A stretch of 62,165 nt of DNA, filler included, from Deltaproteobacteria bacterium (GCA_030698575.1; 13 parts of 13 records of this genome joined end to end with filler, not necessarily neighbours in it), one strand, 5' to 3'. Shown: positions 9,542-22,807, numbered from the whole stretch's first letter. Numbers and translations: made by a program. Notes: generated from the sequence alone by a model not told the origin.

Positions 9542-10428
9542 GGGGCCACCGTGGCCGCGGCCACCATCGTCGGCTCCAGCTCGAAGGGGAGCCAGTTCAT
9601 CGTCAGCGACTTCTTGCCGTTGACTTCATTCATCGATCCGTTCCAGACCGCCAGCACGATGTGCGTGGCCGATCCGGGCCGGAAGAGCGTGTCTTCCGGG
9701 ATGCCGGTCGAGAGCTGGCGTCGGAGCACCACTCGCCAGGTGCCGTCCCCATGCTGGCTCAGGCCGTAGACGGACTGCGAGTCGTGGCGCTGGAGCGTTC
9801 CGAACCCCTTCGCACTGAACTCCATCACCGGTTCCGTGCCCCGCCAAGCTCGCACCTGGCGGGTCACGCCCGGATCCTGCGGAAAGATCCAGACCCCTTC
9901 GGTATGCGGGTATCGCTCGTCGAATCCGCTCATGCCGCGCGCGTTGGCGTCGAAGTCGGCCGTCCACTGCCAGATGTTCACGGGGTGGCCCTCATCGCCC
10001 ATGAAAGGGGAGGGGAGCATGTCGGTCTCGACGGCGGGGAACCCCACGGCCGCCGCGTCGCGGAACGTGGCGACCCCGACCTCACGGTCGGCGTTCTTGT
10101 CCTTCCACTCGAGGAGAATCGCGAGGTTCTCACCGTCGTGGGCAGCGCGAACGCCGAGTTCGGCCACGGATCCGCCACCGTTCGGAGGTATGATTCCCTG
10201 CGGTGAAAGGGGAATGCGCGCGGCCGGGATCTCTTTCCAGGCCTTGTCATCCGGGTCGTAGGGAATGCCTTCCGAGCGGTACGCGGCCCGTATCTGGTTA
10301 CTCATGCCCGGGGCGCTCTCGGCCGCCGGTTGCTCGGGGGCGGCCTGCTCTCCCGCGTCCTCGGTGGCCGGCCCGCCGCAGGCGGTGAACAAGAACAGAA
10401 ACAGGACGGCCAGGCTTGCGGCTCTCAT
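9538..10428 (-). CDS. Heme-b gamma subunit (ethylbenzene dehydrogenase gamma/DOMON-like, NxrC-like), predicted lipoprotein
   Basis: Lipobox LFTAC; LEWKD, FRDAAAV.FP, PFMG (Met ligand), VNIWQW, AVWNG...GKK (Lys ligand). Confidence 0.8.
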   Translation of the reverse strand: MRAASLAVLFLFLFTACGGPATEDAGEQAAPEQPAAESAPGMSNQIRAAYRSEGIPYDPDDKAWKEIPAARIPLSPQGIIPPNGGGSVAELGVRAAHDGENLAILLEWKDKNADREVGVATFRDAAAVGFPAVETDMLPSPFMGDEGHPVNIWQWTADFDANARGMSGFDERYPHTEGVWIFPQDPGVTRQVRAWRGTEPVMEFSAKGFGTLQRHDSQSVYGLSQHGDGTWRVVLRRQLSTGIPEDTLFRPGSATHIVLAVWNGSMNEVNGKKSLTMNWLPFELEPTMVAAATVAP

Positions 10429-10454
10429 CGCTCGCTTCCTCCCATCGTATTCGT

Positions 10455-11591
10455 TCAGGTGACGTCCATGCGATACACGTCGAGGCGGATGTCCTTGGCC
10501 TCGCGGAGCGTGAGGGGCTCCGTAATCGGAACCTCCGCCACCATCTTGTTCTCCCGGTTGTATCCGCGGGCCACCCCGTTCTTGACCTCGAAGCGCTCCA
10601 TGATCTCGGGAGAGCTCCCGAACAACACCAGGAGCCCCCGCAGCGTCTCGTCGTTCGGGGCGTTCTTGTAGGCTTCCTGCGCTTCCTTAACGCCGGGCCC
10701 GAACATCTGCTCGAGGTAGTCCGCCGGAACGTGAATCGGAGGGATGTAGTAGACGTTCGGCGAGAGCCCGAGCTGGGGATAGAGCGGAAAGGCCATCTTG
10801 CGCACACGCACCAGGTAGTCGATGGGATGATCTTCGCGGACCTTGTCGCCCAGGCTGATCCACCCCTGCCCGCGGATCTTGCCGATGCACTGCTCCACGC
10901 ACTGGGTCTGCAGCCCCTTCTCGACCTTCGGGTAACAGGCGACGCACTTCTCGGACGTCTCGTGGTTGGGACGGAACATCGACTTGCCGTAGGGGCACCC
11001 TTTCACGCACTCGCGGTAGCCGCGGCACCGGCTCTGGTCGATGAGCACGATGCCGTCTTCCTGCCGCTTGTAGATCGCCTTGCGCGGACATGCGGCAAGG
11101 CAGGCGGGATAGGAGCAGTGGTTGCAGATGCGCGGCAGGTAGAAGTACCAGAACTTGTGAATTGGCTCGTTCAGGTGCTCGCCCTGGGCCACCGAGCCGC
11201 CGGCGATCTGGTCCTCGCCGATGTTCGGGTGGGCCCAGTCCGCATCGTCGGGGAGGATGCCGAGCATCTTCTCCTTCAGGCCGTCGGCGGCCTCGAAGAT
11301 CGTCTTCCCCGTGTAGACGCCGTCCTCCCAGGTCTGGGGACCGAGCTTTTCGAGGATCGCCACATCCCACGCGGTCGGGTAGGTGCCGTAGGGCTTCGAT
11401 TCGACGTTGTTCCAGAACATGTACTCCTGCCCGCGGCCGGAGGTCCAGGTCATCTTGCAGGCCATGCTGCAGGTCTGGCAGGCGATGCACTTGTTCGTGT
11501 CGAACACCATCCCGATCTGCTTCTCGGGCAGTGCCTGCTCGTAGGGGTAATCCATCTCCCGGCCAAGCTGCCAGTTGAATACCTTGGGCAT
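10455..11591 (-). CDS. nxrB: Fe-S beta subunit of an NXR/Nar-like type II DMSO-reductase-family enzyme
   Basis: MPKVFNWQLGR start; CIACQTCSMACK, CNHCSYPACLAACP, CRGYRECVKGCPY, CVACYP...CVEQC. Confidence 0.85.
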   Translation of the reverse strand: MPKVFNWQLGREMDYPYEQALPEKQIGMVFDTNKCIACQTCSMACKMTWTSGRGQEYMFWNNVESKPYGTYPTAWDVAILEKLGPQTWEDGVYTGKTIFEAADGLKEKMLGILPDDADWAHPNIGEDQIAGGSVAQGEHLNEPIHKFWYFYLPRICNHCSYPACLAACPRKAIYKRQEDGIVLIDQSRCRGYRECVKGCPYGKSMFRPNHETSEKCVACYPKVEKGLQTQCVEQCIGKIRGQGWISLGDKVREDHPIDYLVRVRKMAFPLYPQLGLSPNVYYIPPIHVPADYLEQMFGPGVKEAQEAYKNAPNDETLRGLLVLFGSSPEIMERFEVKNGVARGYNRENKMVAEVPITEPLTLREAKDIRLDVYRMDVT

Positions 11592-11596
11592 CGGAG

Positions 11597-15097
<3,501 letters not shown>

Positions 15098-15170
15098 TTC
15101 CCTCCCCCTTCTGAAGTCGTCCTACGGGTGTGAACTGCGATGTGTCGCTGATCGGTTCCCGCTTCGAACA

Positions 15171-15210
15171 CCCCCGCCGCCGGCAGGCCGCGCTTCGCCG
15201 GCGACGGGGG
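15171..15210. terminator. GC-rich hairpin between the SCP2-like gene and the alpha subunit
   Basis: CCCCCGCCGCCGGC...GCCGGCGACGGGGG stem; no U-tract. Confidence 0.35.
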
Positions 15211-15228
15211 CTCGATCGAGCCCTGAGT

Positions 15229-15687
15229 TCAGGCTCGAAACTTCGTCTTTACGCTCGCGCCGGCGTCGAAGAATTGCTGCAGGCTCTCGTTGAATCGGGA
15301 GAACCGATCGACGTCCATCTGCGCCTCGCCCCCCTCCGACCAGACCCGCAGGGGCACGTCGGGGAGGGTCAGGTAGTTCAGGGTCTGCTCGAGGCCCGCT
15401 CCCCCGTTCTTGATGATGTCGGTGACCATGTCCTTGAAGGTCTGGTAATCGCCCTCGAGAACCGCGGCCTCCTTGCCGGGACCGAGTTCGGGCTTTTCGA
15501 CCCGCTTCACCTCAGCGCAGCGGTAGCCGTCGAAAACAATCTTGTAGACCTCGTCATGGCCGTCATCAAAATTCATCTTCAGGTAGAGCGTCATTTCGAT
15601 GCTGCCCAGGCGCCTGTACTTGTCGACTTCGGCGTCCATCGCGTGCTGCAGCTCGACGAACCACTCCTCGGAAGGGAATTCGTGCAT
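15229..15687 (-). CDS. SCP2 (sterol-carrier)-like hypothetical protein
   Basis: FPSEEWF..L N-terminus and LEGDYQTFKDM segment resemble the SCP2 fold. Confidence 0.55.
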   Translation of the reverse strand: MHEFPSEEWFVELQHAMDAEVDKYRRLGSIEMTLYLKMNFDDGHDEVYKIVFDGYRCAEVKRVEKPELGPGKEAAVLEGDYQTFKDMVTDIIKNGGAGLEQTLNYLTLPDVPLRVWSEGGEAQMDVDRFSRFNESLQQFFDAGASVKTKFRA

Positions 15688-15731
15688 GTTCTTCTCCCTC
15701 GCTGCCTGTGTCCGATTTGAAGAAACGTTTC

Positions 15732-16814
15732 TCAGTCCACCGGTAGCTCGATCGGAATGGAGATCCGCTCGGTCCGATCCAGGCCCGCCACCTTCAGGCG
15801 CTGCAGGTACTCCGTGATCTGCTTGGTGTACAGATAGGAGGTCTTCAGCAAACCCTCGTGCATGTTGTCGACACCGCCTCCCGCGAGGATGGCGCGCGGC
15901 TCGATGCTCTGAGGCTCGGTATTGAGCGCGAAAATCGCCTGCTCGCCCATCGCGAGGATCGAGTGAATTTCCTCCGCCCTCTCGGGGTAGGTCTTCAGGA
16001 AGTATTTCAGGTGCATCGTGCCGTAGGCGACATGCCGGGCCTCGTCCTGCATGCAGAGGCGGAATATTTTCTTCTCCACCACCGAGGGGGCGATGAACTC
16101 GCCATGACGGAAGAGCGTGAGCACGAAGCCCTCGGCAAGGATGTGCATGAGAGAGCTGGCGACCGTGTAGTTCGGCGCCTCGATGATGGCCCGGAGAAGG
16201 TTTTCAGAGCCGGGGGAAGCCTGCATCAGGCCGCCGCCGTTGGCCAGGGCGCGCTTGCGGAAGACATCGAGATGCCGCGCTTCGTCCATGACCTGCGATG
16301 CGAGGAAGAGCTTCACCTCGTGAAAGTCATGGTTGATCCGCCAGAGCCACTTGGCCGGCAGGTCCGCCGCGATGAATTCGACCTCGGTGAGGCCGGTGCA
16401 GACCTGACAGATCGCCTTCTCCATCTCCTCGGGCAGCTCTTCGAGGCGATCCCACGGGATGTCGCGCGTCGAGCTCCACTGGCGGGCAACCGCCTCGTCA
16501 TAGAGCTTCGCCACGTTGTCCGCCCAGACGAGCCCCTTCTCGTTGATGTCGTAGATGCCGAGCGAAGGGGTTTCGGGTGGAATCTCGCAGCCGCGGGGCG
16601 CCATGCTGCCGATCGACGAACCGTATTCGGGGATGTCGCCGTAGGGCGAGACCGAGTTCAGATTGTCCAGTGTGATGCCGACGGGCGAAGCCTTGACCTT
16701 CGTCCCCCAGCCGTCAGGGTTTGCGTTCATCCATGAAAGATCGAATTTGCCCGCCCGCATGTTGGCCATGTGGTCGAGCGTCTTCTCCACCACTGCGCTG
16801 TATTTCGCGGCCAT
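15732..16814 (-). CDS. Ferritin-like diiron carboxylate protein
   Basis: EVE...DEARH and E...DEARH paired ExxH ligand sets; AAGGAGG RBS. Confidence 0.8.
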   Translation of the reverse strand: MAAKYSAVVEKTLDHMANMRAGKFDLSWMNANPDGWGTKVKASPVGITLDNLNSVSPYGDIPEYGSSIGSMAPRGCEIPPETPSLGIYDINEKGLVWADNVAKLYDEAVARQWSSTRDIPWDRLEELPEEMEKAICQVCTGLTEVEFIAADLPAKWLWRINHDFHEVKLFLASQVMDEARHLDVFRKRALANGGGLMQASPGSENLLRAIIEAPNYTVASSLMHILAEGFVLTLFRHGEFIAPSVVEKKIFRLCMQDEARHVAYGTMHLKYFLKTYPERAEEIHSILAMGEQAIFALNTEPQSIEPRAILAGGGVDNMHEGLLKTSYLYTKQITEYLQRLKVAGLDRTERISIPIELPVD

Positions 16815-16900
16815 CTCCGGTGTCCCTCCTTAATCGTCATAGTCGCTGCCCCGGAAGGGGCTCCCGGCGGGAAAACTGTCTGTCGCTTGGAAGTCGAACA

Positions 16901-16916
16901 AGCACGGAGCGTGCCA
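16901..16916 (-). promoter_or_regulatory. Sigma54 (-24/-12) promoter
   Basis: TGGCACG-CTCC-GTGCT, one mismatch from the consensus, ~87 nt upstream of the ATG at 16814. Confidence 0.65.
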
Positions 16917-17464
16917 CGGCCGTTGCAAACCGGAAAATCCGGCGTGCGCAGGCTGGATTCCATATAAATTGCAAGTGGTTTGCGATCGCGACGCAATTTG
17001 AAGCTCGTTCAGTTTCGAGTGGAATCCGGATAGGCGCTGCAGGATGTGCGCGTATCAGAGGGAGGGCCGATGGCAAGTTGCAGAAACTGCAAGGGGCCGG
17101 TTGAGAACGTTCGGCGAGAAGGGTAATTTCGCGAGTGATTGCCTGCGCCTCGGAGCGGCGTTCCGGCCGGGAGGGGGAGGCACGGTTTTTGCTAGAAAAC
17201 ACAGCTAGAAAACAGGGCCGGCCAGTGAGGCAAGCCCCCCCAGACAGCCACGGAGGATATCCATGTCACCGGCCGCGCGAAGCAGAAGGAATCCGGTCCG
17301 GGGGAAGTCCCCCGAACTTCCACCACGCATGCTCCCGACCGATGCCGTGTTCTGGTACGCGGNNNNNNNNNNNNNNNNNNNNNNNNNNNNNNNNNNNNNN
17401 NNNNNNTTAATTAATTAANNNNNNNNNNNNNNNNNNNNNNNNNNNNNNNNNNNNNNNNNNNNAG

Positions 17465-18007
17465 GTCGAGATCGACGGCGTCCCGTTTTATCTGCGCGCC
17501 GGCTCGCGCCAGCGCTGGATCACGCCGGGTGACGACAACTTCGGGTTCGCGGCCTGGGTCCACGAGCACGCGCATGAGCTCGCGTCGCTCGGCGAGGGGC
17601 ACCACTTCGGCGAGTGGTATGGCTTTGGCATTCAGCGCGGCTATGGGCTCAACGAGAAGCGGTTCGCGCTCTTCAATACCGCACGCTGGAACCCGCTGAA
17701 TCCGAACAGGCCCGCGTGCTGCGGCGTCGTCCCGGTGATCTTTATCGGTCCGCTTGGAAACGCCGACCAGTCGCTCGAACAGCTACGCCTCGGCGGCAGC
17801 GCGGCCGTGCCGGGGTACATGTATCCGGAGGGGATCGTCATCTACCACTCGGCGTCGCGCTCGCTCTTCAAGCAGGTGATCGAGAACGATGATGTCCCGA
17901 AGACGGTGGCAGAGAAGCGCGAGCGCAAGCCGCGAGACTACAACGTCGGCGGCCGGCGCAAAGGCCTCGACCCCAACTACACGGGCCCCGAGAGGAGAGC
18001 CCGGTGA
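17465..18007 (+). CDS. Phage RNA ligase-family protein (5'-partial)
   Basis: AGSRQRWITPGDDNFGFAAW, FGEWYG.GIQR.Y, FALFN, PEGIV. Confidence 0.75.
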   Translation, partial: VEIDGVPFYLRAGSRQRWITPGDDNFGFAAWVHEHAHELASLGEGHHFGEWYGFGIQRGYGLNEKRFALFNTARWNPLNPNRPACCGVVPVIFIGPLGNADQSLEQLRLGGSAAVPGYMYPEGIVIYHSASRSLFKQVIENDDVPKTVAEKRERKPRDYNVGGRRKGLDPNYTGPERRAR

Positions 18008-18192
18008 TCGACGTCCCCTTCGAGTTCCGGATCTGGGACGCTGCCGAGTGCGCGGCCTACTTCGGCCAGAGCAAGGAGTACTTTCTCCGCCGCACCCGGC
18101 ACGTCGAAAATTTCCCCGCCCCCGTCAAGATGTCCGAGGGCGGGCAGCCGAGGTGGCGGGCACTCGCTGTCGCGCAGTGGGCGGTGAAATGA
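18004..18192 (+). CDS. AlpA/excisionase-like HTH protein
   Basis: WDAAECAAYFG...FPAPV...PRWRA..VAQW. Confidence 0.75.
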   Translation: MIDVPFEFRIWDAAECAAYFGQSKEYFLRRTRHVENFPAPVKMSEGGQPRWRALAVAQWAVK

Positions 18193-18362
18193 CGGATTTC
18201 GTTGCGCCCTGTGGTGCCCAGCCAAAGATGCGGCGTATTGGCATGGCGTGGATTCACAAAGACGGCGCGGTGTGGGAATTCAACGCCGACAAGGACCGCG
18301 AGGAAACACTCGGCATGAAGTACGTCCCTGTCTATGTTGACGCCAAGGAGATCAAGCGATGA
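18189..18362 (+). CDS. Phage hypothetical protein
   Basis: ATGA coupling on both sides; ends YVPVYVD. Confidence 0.55.
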   Translation: MTDFVAPCGAQPKMRRIGMAWIHKDGAVWEFNADKDREETLGMKYVPVYVDAKEIKR

Positions 18363-19282
18363 GCGATGGCACACCTACCGTACAGCAGGCCCTTGACGAA
18401 TTGGCACGACTGGCCTGCGTCCAAGCCGGTACGGCGTTGATTCGCGCCGTAGAGAAGCACATGCCGCTCCTGAGATCCATCTCGGAGCCGGCCCCGAACA
18501 ATGCGCAATGGGCTACAACGCGCCCAGAGCCTGCGGCGGCTGCGCTTTCTGCCGTCGCCACGCTCAGCGACGATGCTGCCTGCAAGCGCGCCGCTGATCT
18601 TCTGCGCGCCGAGGTCAAGCGCTTGGAGTACCCGAAGGCGATGGTCCCGCAGGAGTCCGATAAGATCGAGCACCGCCAACGCGGATTCGAGGCAGCGATT
18701 ATGTTCCTTGACCCGGAGCACGGGATCAGTGATAGAGGCATGAATCAAGCGATGAGCGATGCGGCCCCCGCTCAGTCGGAGGCGATAGGCATTCACGGGC
18801 TGCTTGGCAACTACACCCCTTCCGCAACCCGGCGAACAGCACGCGAGGAAGACCTTGAGCGCGTGCTTCGCGCGGTTCTCTACCTCGACAACGGCCGCTG
18901 GCTTGGAGGGCTTCGAGATGGTGCCGACGTAACCGACGTGGTTGGGGGTCTTCTCGATGCTGTACCCCCGGAGACGATAGACATTCACGTGCTTCTCGGC
19001 AACGTCATCGACCACTGGGAGCAGGTGCCGAACGACATCAAGAGTGATCCGGGCATGGATAATCTGAACGATGCCATCAGGAAAGCGAGCAAGGCGCTAG
19101 GGGGAGCCGACGAAATGAGCGCCGGCGATAAGACAAGCGAAGCCGTGCTCGTTGTCCGTCACGCCCCGGCGGGAGGCACCAGCCGCGTTGCTCTGAAAAC
19201 GTACGACCAGGGCAAGGAATGTTGGGAGGGCGCCGCGTTGGATTATTTATGGGTCGAGCCCGCATCAGACTCTTGTGATTAA
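18359..19282 (+). CDS. Phage hypothetical protein (mosaic)
   Basis: 307-aa ORF translationally coupled to the upstream gene; no recognised motif. Confidence 0.5.
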   Translation: MSDGTPTVQQALDELARLACVQAGTALIRAVEKHMPLLRSISEPAPNNAQWATTRPEPAAAALSAVATLSDDAACKRAADLLRAEVKRLEYPKAMVPQESDKIEHRQRGFEAAIMFLDPEHGISDRGMNQAMSDAAPAQSEAIGIHGLLGNYTPSATRRTAREEDLERVLRAVLYLDNGRWLGGLRDGADVTDVVGGLLDAVPPETIDIHVLLGNVIDHWEQVPNDIKSDPGMDNLNDAIRKASKALGGADEMSAGDKTSEAVLVVRHAPAGGTSRVALKTYDQGKECWEGAALDYLWVEPASDSCD

Positions 19283-19305
19283 AAACAACAGGCTCTTGCA
19301 ACGAG

Positions 19306-19483
19306 AAATCACCCCAGATTCACCCCGCAGCTGCGCAAGCCGTTGATTACATAACCACACGGGGTGCCCTTCCTCGGCACATTCCGCCTAGCAAAACATA
19401 ATCGTTCCAGAGCGAAAAGCTGATTAGCACCTGCTTTATTTGTGGTATATTCTGACCCCAATTCACCCCAAATTCACCCCAGA
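19306..19483. mobile_element. Probable attP region with integrase arm-type repeats
   Basis: TCACCCC(A) repeats at 19306-19326 (two copies) and 19453-19483 (three copies, the first TGACCCC) flank an AT-rich core directly upstream of the integrase. Confidence 0.6.
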
Positions 19484-19488
19484 GGGTC

Positions 19489-20159
19489 ATGGCGTCGTTT
19501 GAGTCGCGCGGGAGCAGGGTCAGGGCACACGTAAATTTGAAGGGCGTCCGCGCGTCCGAAACCTTTGAGTCGAAGGCCGCCGCCCGTGCCTGGGCGACGC
19601 GGACCGAGGCCGAGATTATAGCAGGCCACCGGGGTGAGACCCCGGACAAGACCTTCGGCGAACTCTTGCAGCGGTATGCCGACAAGATCTCCCCCACGAA
19701 GAAGGGCGCCCGCTGGGAGCTCGTGCGTATAGGACTCCTGCAGCGCGACCCGATCGCCCTGGTGCCCCTGGCTGACCTCACGAGCGCCCACGTGGCCGAA
19801 TGGCGCGACCGCCGCCTGGAGGGCGTGGCGGGCGTGGCGGGCGTCTCACGCCCTGTCAAAGGGGCCTCCGTCCGGAGGGAGTGGAACCTCTGCTCCGCCG
19901 CCTGCTCGGTCGCCATCGGGGAGTGGAAATGGCTCCGGCTCAACCCCTTCTCGAAGGCCGCCGGCGCGAAGCGCCCGAAGAATTCACCCCACCGGGATGA
20001 GCTCATCCTGGAGGCCGACCTGGTGGCCCTGCAGTCCGTGGCCGACAAGCACAGCACCCCGACATATCGGCAGGTCATGCGGGCGGCCCGCTTCGCGATC
20101 GAGACCGCTATGCGCTCCGGCGAGGTCATCTTCCTGGGCCGCAACCCAGAGCGCGTCGA
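19489..20159 (+). CDS. int: Tyrosine recombinase/phage integrase (3'-partial)
   Basis: SETFESKAAARAWA arm domain, SVRREWNL.S, FAIETAMRSGE catalytic Arg. Confidence 0.9.
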
Positions 20160-20259
20160 NNNNNNNNNNNNNNNNNNNNNNNNNNNNNNNNNNNNNNNNN
20201 NNNTTAATTAATTAANNNNNNNNNNNNNNNNNNNNNNNNNNNNNNNNNNNNNNNNNNNN

Positions 20260-21293
20260 ACGTGACTCCGGTCGCCGATAAAATAACCCGGGGCAAGCTC
20301 GATGCGCTGCGGCGCGACGGGCTGGAGGAGATCGGAGGGGGGCTTGAGTCGCGCGATGCTAAGCCGCCGCGGGTGTACGCCGATGGGCTCATTCACCCGC
20401 AGACCAACGTCAGCCGGGTCAAGACCTCGCGTACCAGCGCCGACGACGTGAACTATCAGAACTACCCCAAGCGAGGTGCGGCCGACGCCATCGAGGTGCG
20501 GGGGTTGGTCCGCCCGCTGGCGGCGGATGAGGTCGTGGTCTCCTTCGACTACGGGCAGATCCAGGCCCGCAACGTCGGCATGGAGTCGCTCGACCGCGCC
20601 CTCCTCGCCGCGTTTTGGAACGACTACGACATCCACCACGACTTCATGGAGCACCTGGCGCGCATCTACCCGCGCTGGATCAAGGAGGGGGTTCGGGCCC
20701 TCGCCAGCGATAAAAAACTCCAGAAGAAGTACCGCAACGACGTCAAGCACGGGTTTGTGTTTGCCCGGTTCTTTGGGGCTGGGCCCAAGAAGACGGCGGG
20801 CGTGTTGGAAGTGCCCGTCCGGGCCACCGAGAAGCTGGATGATATATTCTCCGAGCGGTTCCCCGGCATCCCCGAGTGGCACGAGTCCCTCCAGCGCGAC
20901 TACTATAGGCTGGGGTACGTTGCCGGGCACGCGGGGTACCGCCGCCGCGCTCCGGTTTCGTACAATGAGCTCATCAACAGCCCCATCCAGGCCGATGAGG
21001 CCAAGATCATGCTCGACGCCATGACGCGACTGTCCAAGATTGATCACGACTTATTCCAGGCGAACATGGAGATCCACGACGACCTGACGTTCATCTGGCC
21101 CAAGCGTAAGGTGGATGAGTTGGCGCCTACGGTGATCCGCGAGATGCTGGAGGTGCCCTTCGAGTGGGCCAAGGTGACGCCGATCGTGGTCGAGATGTCG
21201 GTGGGGAAGGACTGGGCGACCCAGAAGGAGGTCGGGGTCTTCGCATCGCACCGGTATGATGGAATCGACATGCCGAGGAGGTGTCCTATATGA
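20260..21293 (+). CDS. Phage family A DNA polymerase, C-terminal part
   Basis: NYQNYPKR, motif A FDYGQIQAR, motif B RNDVKHGFVFARFFG, INSPIQ, motif C EIHDD. Confidence 0.85.
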
Positions 21294-22222
21294 CTGTGCT
21301 GCATATCGAGTACCGGCCGCGTAAGTTCGGGGAGGTAGTCGGTCAAGAGGCCGTCTGTCGCGCCCTGGCCGGGCTCATCGAGCGCGGAGAGTCGCGCGCC
21401 TTCCTCTTGTCCGGCCCATCCGGCACCGGCAAGACCACGCTGGCGCGCATTGCAGCCCGCGCCCTGGGGTGCGCCGATAAGGACGTGCTCGAGATCGATG
21501 CGGCGACCCATACCGGCATCGACTCCATGCGGCAGGTCCAGGAGCTCATCCAGTACCGCCCGTTCGGCAGATCCAAGTGGCGCGTCATTATAGTTGACGA
21601 AACCCACATGCTGAGTAAGGCCGCGTGGAACTCCATGCTCAAGGTGATTGAGGCGCCCCCGGAGTTCGTCGCCTGGTTCCTATGCACGACGGAGCCGGGC
21701 AAGGTTCCCCAGACCATCAAGACCCGGTGCTCGGCTCTGACGCTCAGGCTGGTCGCCGAGACGGAGATGCGCAAGCTCTACGCGCGGGTCGCGGAGGCCG
21801 AGGCGATCAAGCTCCTGCCCGAGGTGCGAGACGCGGTGATCCGCGAGGCTGAAGGTTCGCCCCGGCAGATGCTGGTCAACATGGCCCTGTGCCGGGAGGC
21901 CAAGAGCCGTAAGGAGGCGTCCGCGCTGCTGCGTGATGCGCGCGAGTCGGATGGAGTTGCTGAACTCTGTAAATTCCTCATGCGGGGAGGCTCGTGGTCC
22001 AGAGCCGCCGCACTACTTGAGGCGCTGGCGGATGAGCCGCCGGAGTCGGTTCGCATAGGGGTATGTAATTACCTGGGAGGTGCGCTCCGACGCGCTGCCA
22101 GTGATAAGCAGGCGTGCACAATCTTGGCTTTGCTCGAACCGTTCGTTGAGCCGTTTGCAGCGGGCGCTGACCGGGCGATGCTGGCGGTAGCTGTGGGTCG
22201 CGCTTTATATGGAGGAGAGTAA
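21290..22222 (+). CDS. DnaX (gamma/tau)-like clamp-loader AAA+ ATPase
   Basis: YRPRKFGEVVGQE, GPSGTGKTT, DETHML, TIKTRC. Confidence 0.9.
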   Translation: MTVLHIEYRPRKFGEVVGQEAVCRALAGLIERGESRAFLLSGPSGTGKTTLARIAARALGCADKDVLEIDAATHTGIDSMRQVQELIQYRPFGRSKWRVIIVDETHMLSKAAWNSMLKVIEAPPEFVAWFLCTTEPGKVPQTIKTRCSALTLRLVAETEMRKLYARVAEAEAIKLLPEVRDAVIREAEGSPRQMLVNMALCREAKSRKEASALLRDARESDGVAELCKFLMRGGSWSRAAALLEALADEPPESVRIGVCNYLGGALRRAASDKQACTILALLEPFVEPFAAGADRAMLAVAVGRALYGGE

Positions 22223-22224
22223 AA

Positions 22225-22776
22225 ATGGTTAAGAGAATAACAACTAAGAGAGCCGCGTCCGAGGCCGAGGCGCCCGAGGTGGAAGACTACGACGACTTTC
22301 GTGAGCTTGAGGACGCGCTGCGCATCGACGAGCACGCGCTTGAGAGGGCCCTGCGCGACCAGCCGGTGATGTTCTACCGGGTGGCGAATGCCTACGCGCT
22401 GGAGATCTCGCGCCGGGATGCCGCCAAGCAGGCGCTGCAGGACGTGGAGGCGGAGGCTGATCTGAGCGTCCGCGGCCGAGCCCAGAGGGATGATCAAAAG
22501 ATCACGGAGGGGCAGATACGGGCGACTGTTCAGACTGACGGGCGGGTCGCCCAGGCCCAGGCGAGTCTAGCGCGGCGCAGTGAGGCGGTCGGCAAGTTGG
22601 CGGCGCTCAAGGAGGCGTTCCAGCAGCGTTCGTATGCGCTCAAGGATCTGGCCGGGCTCTACGTGGCTAACTACTACACGGCGTCCGAGCATAACGCAGC
22701 GTCGGGCGCAGTGCGAACCCGAGATGCCGCCGAGGCTCGCGCTCGCATGAGCGAGGCGCGGAACGCGCGTAAATAG
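22225..22776 (+). CDS. UvsY-like recombination mediator (helical phage protein)
   Basis: Coiled coil, KITEGQI, EAFQQRSYALKDL; lies next to SSB and RecA. Confidence 0.5.
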   Translation: MVKRITTKRAASEAEAPEVEDYDDFRELEDALRIDEHALERALRDQPVMFYRVANAYALEISRRDAAKQALQDVEAEADLSVRGRAQRDDQKITEGQIRATVQTDGRVAQAQASLARRSEAVGKLAALKEAFQQRSYALKDLAGLYVANYYTASEHNAASGAVRTRDAAEARARMSEARNARK

Positions 22777-22807
22777 TAGGAAGAAGCTGTCGGGATCGAG
22801 GTTTGAA

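Noticed and set aside
19360-19385. tRNA gene near the integrase
   Set aside because: Only a ~9-nt 3'-end-like match with no cloverleaf; kept only as a possible att core
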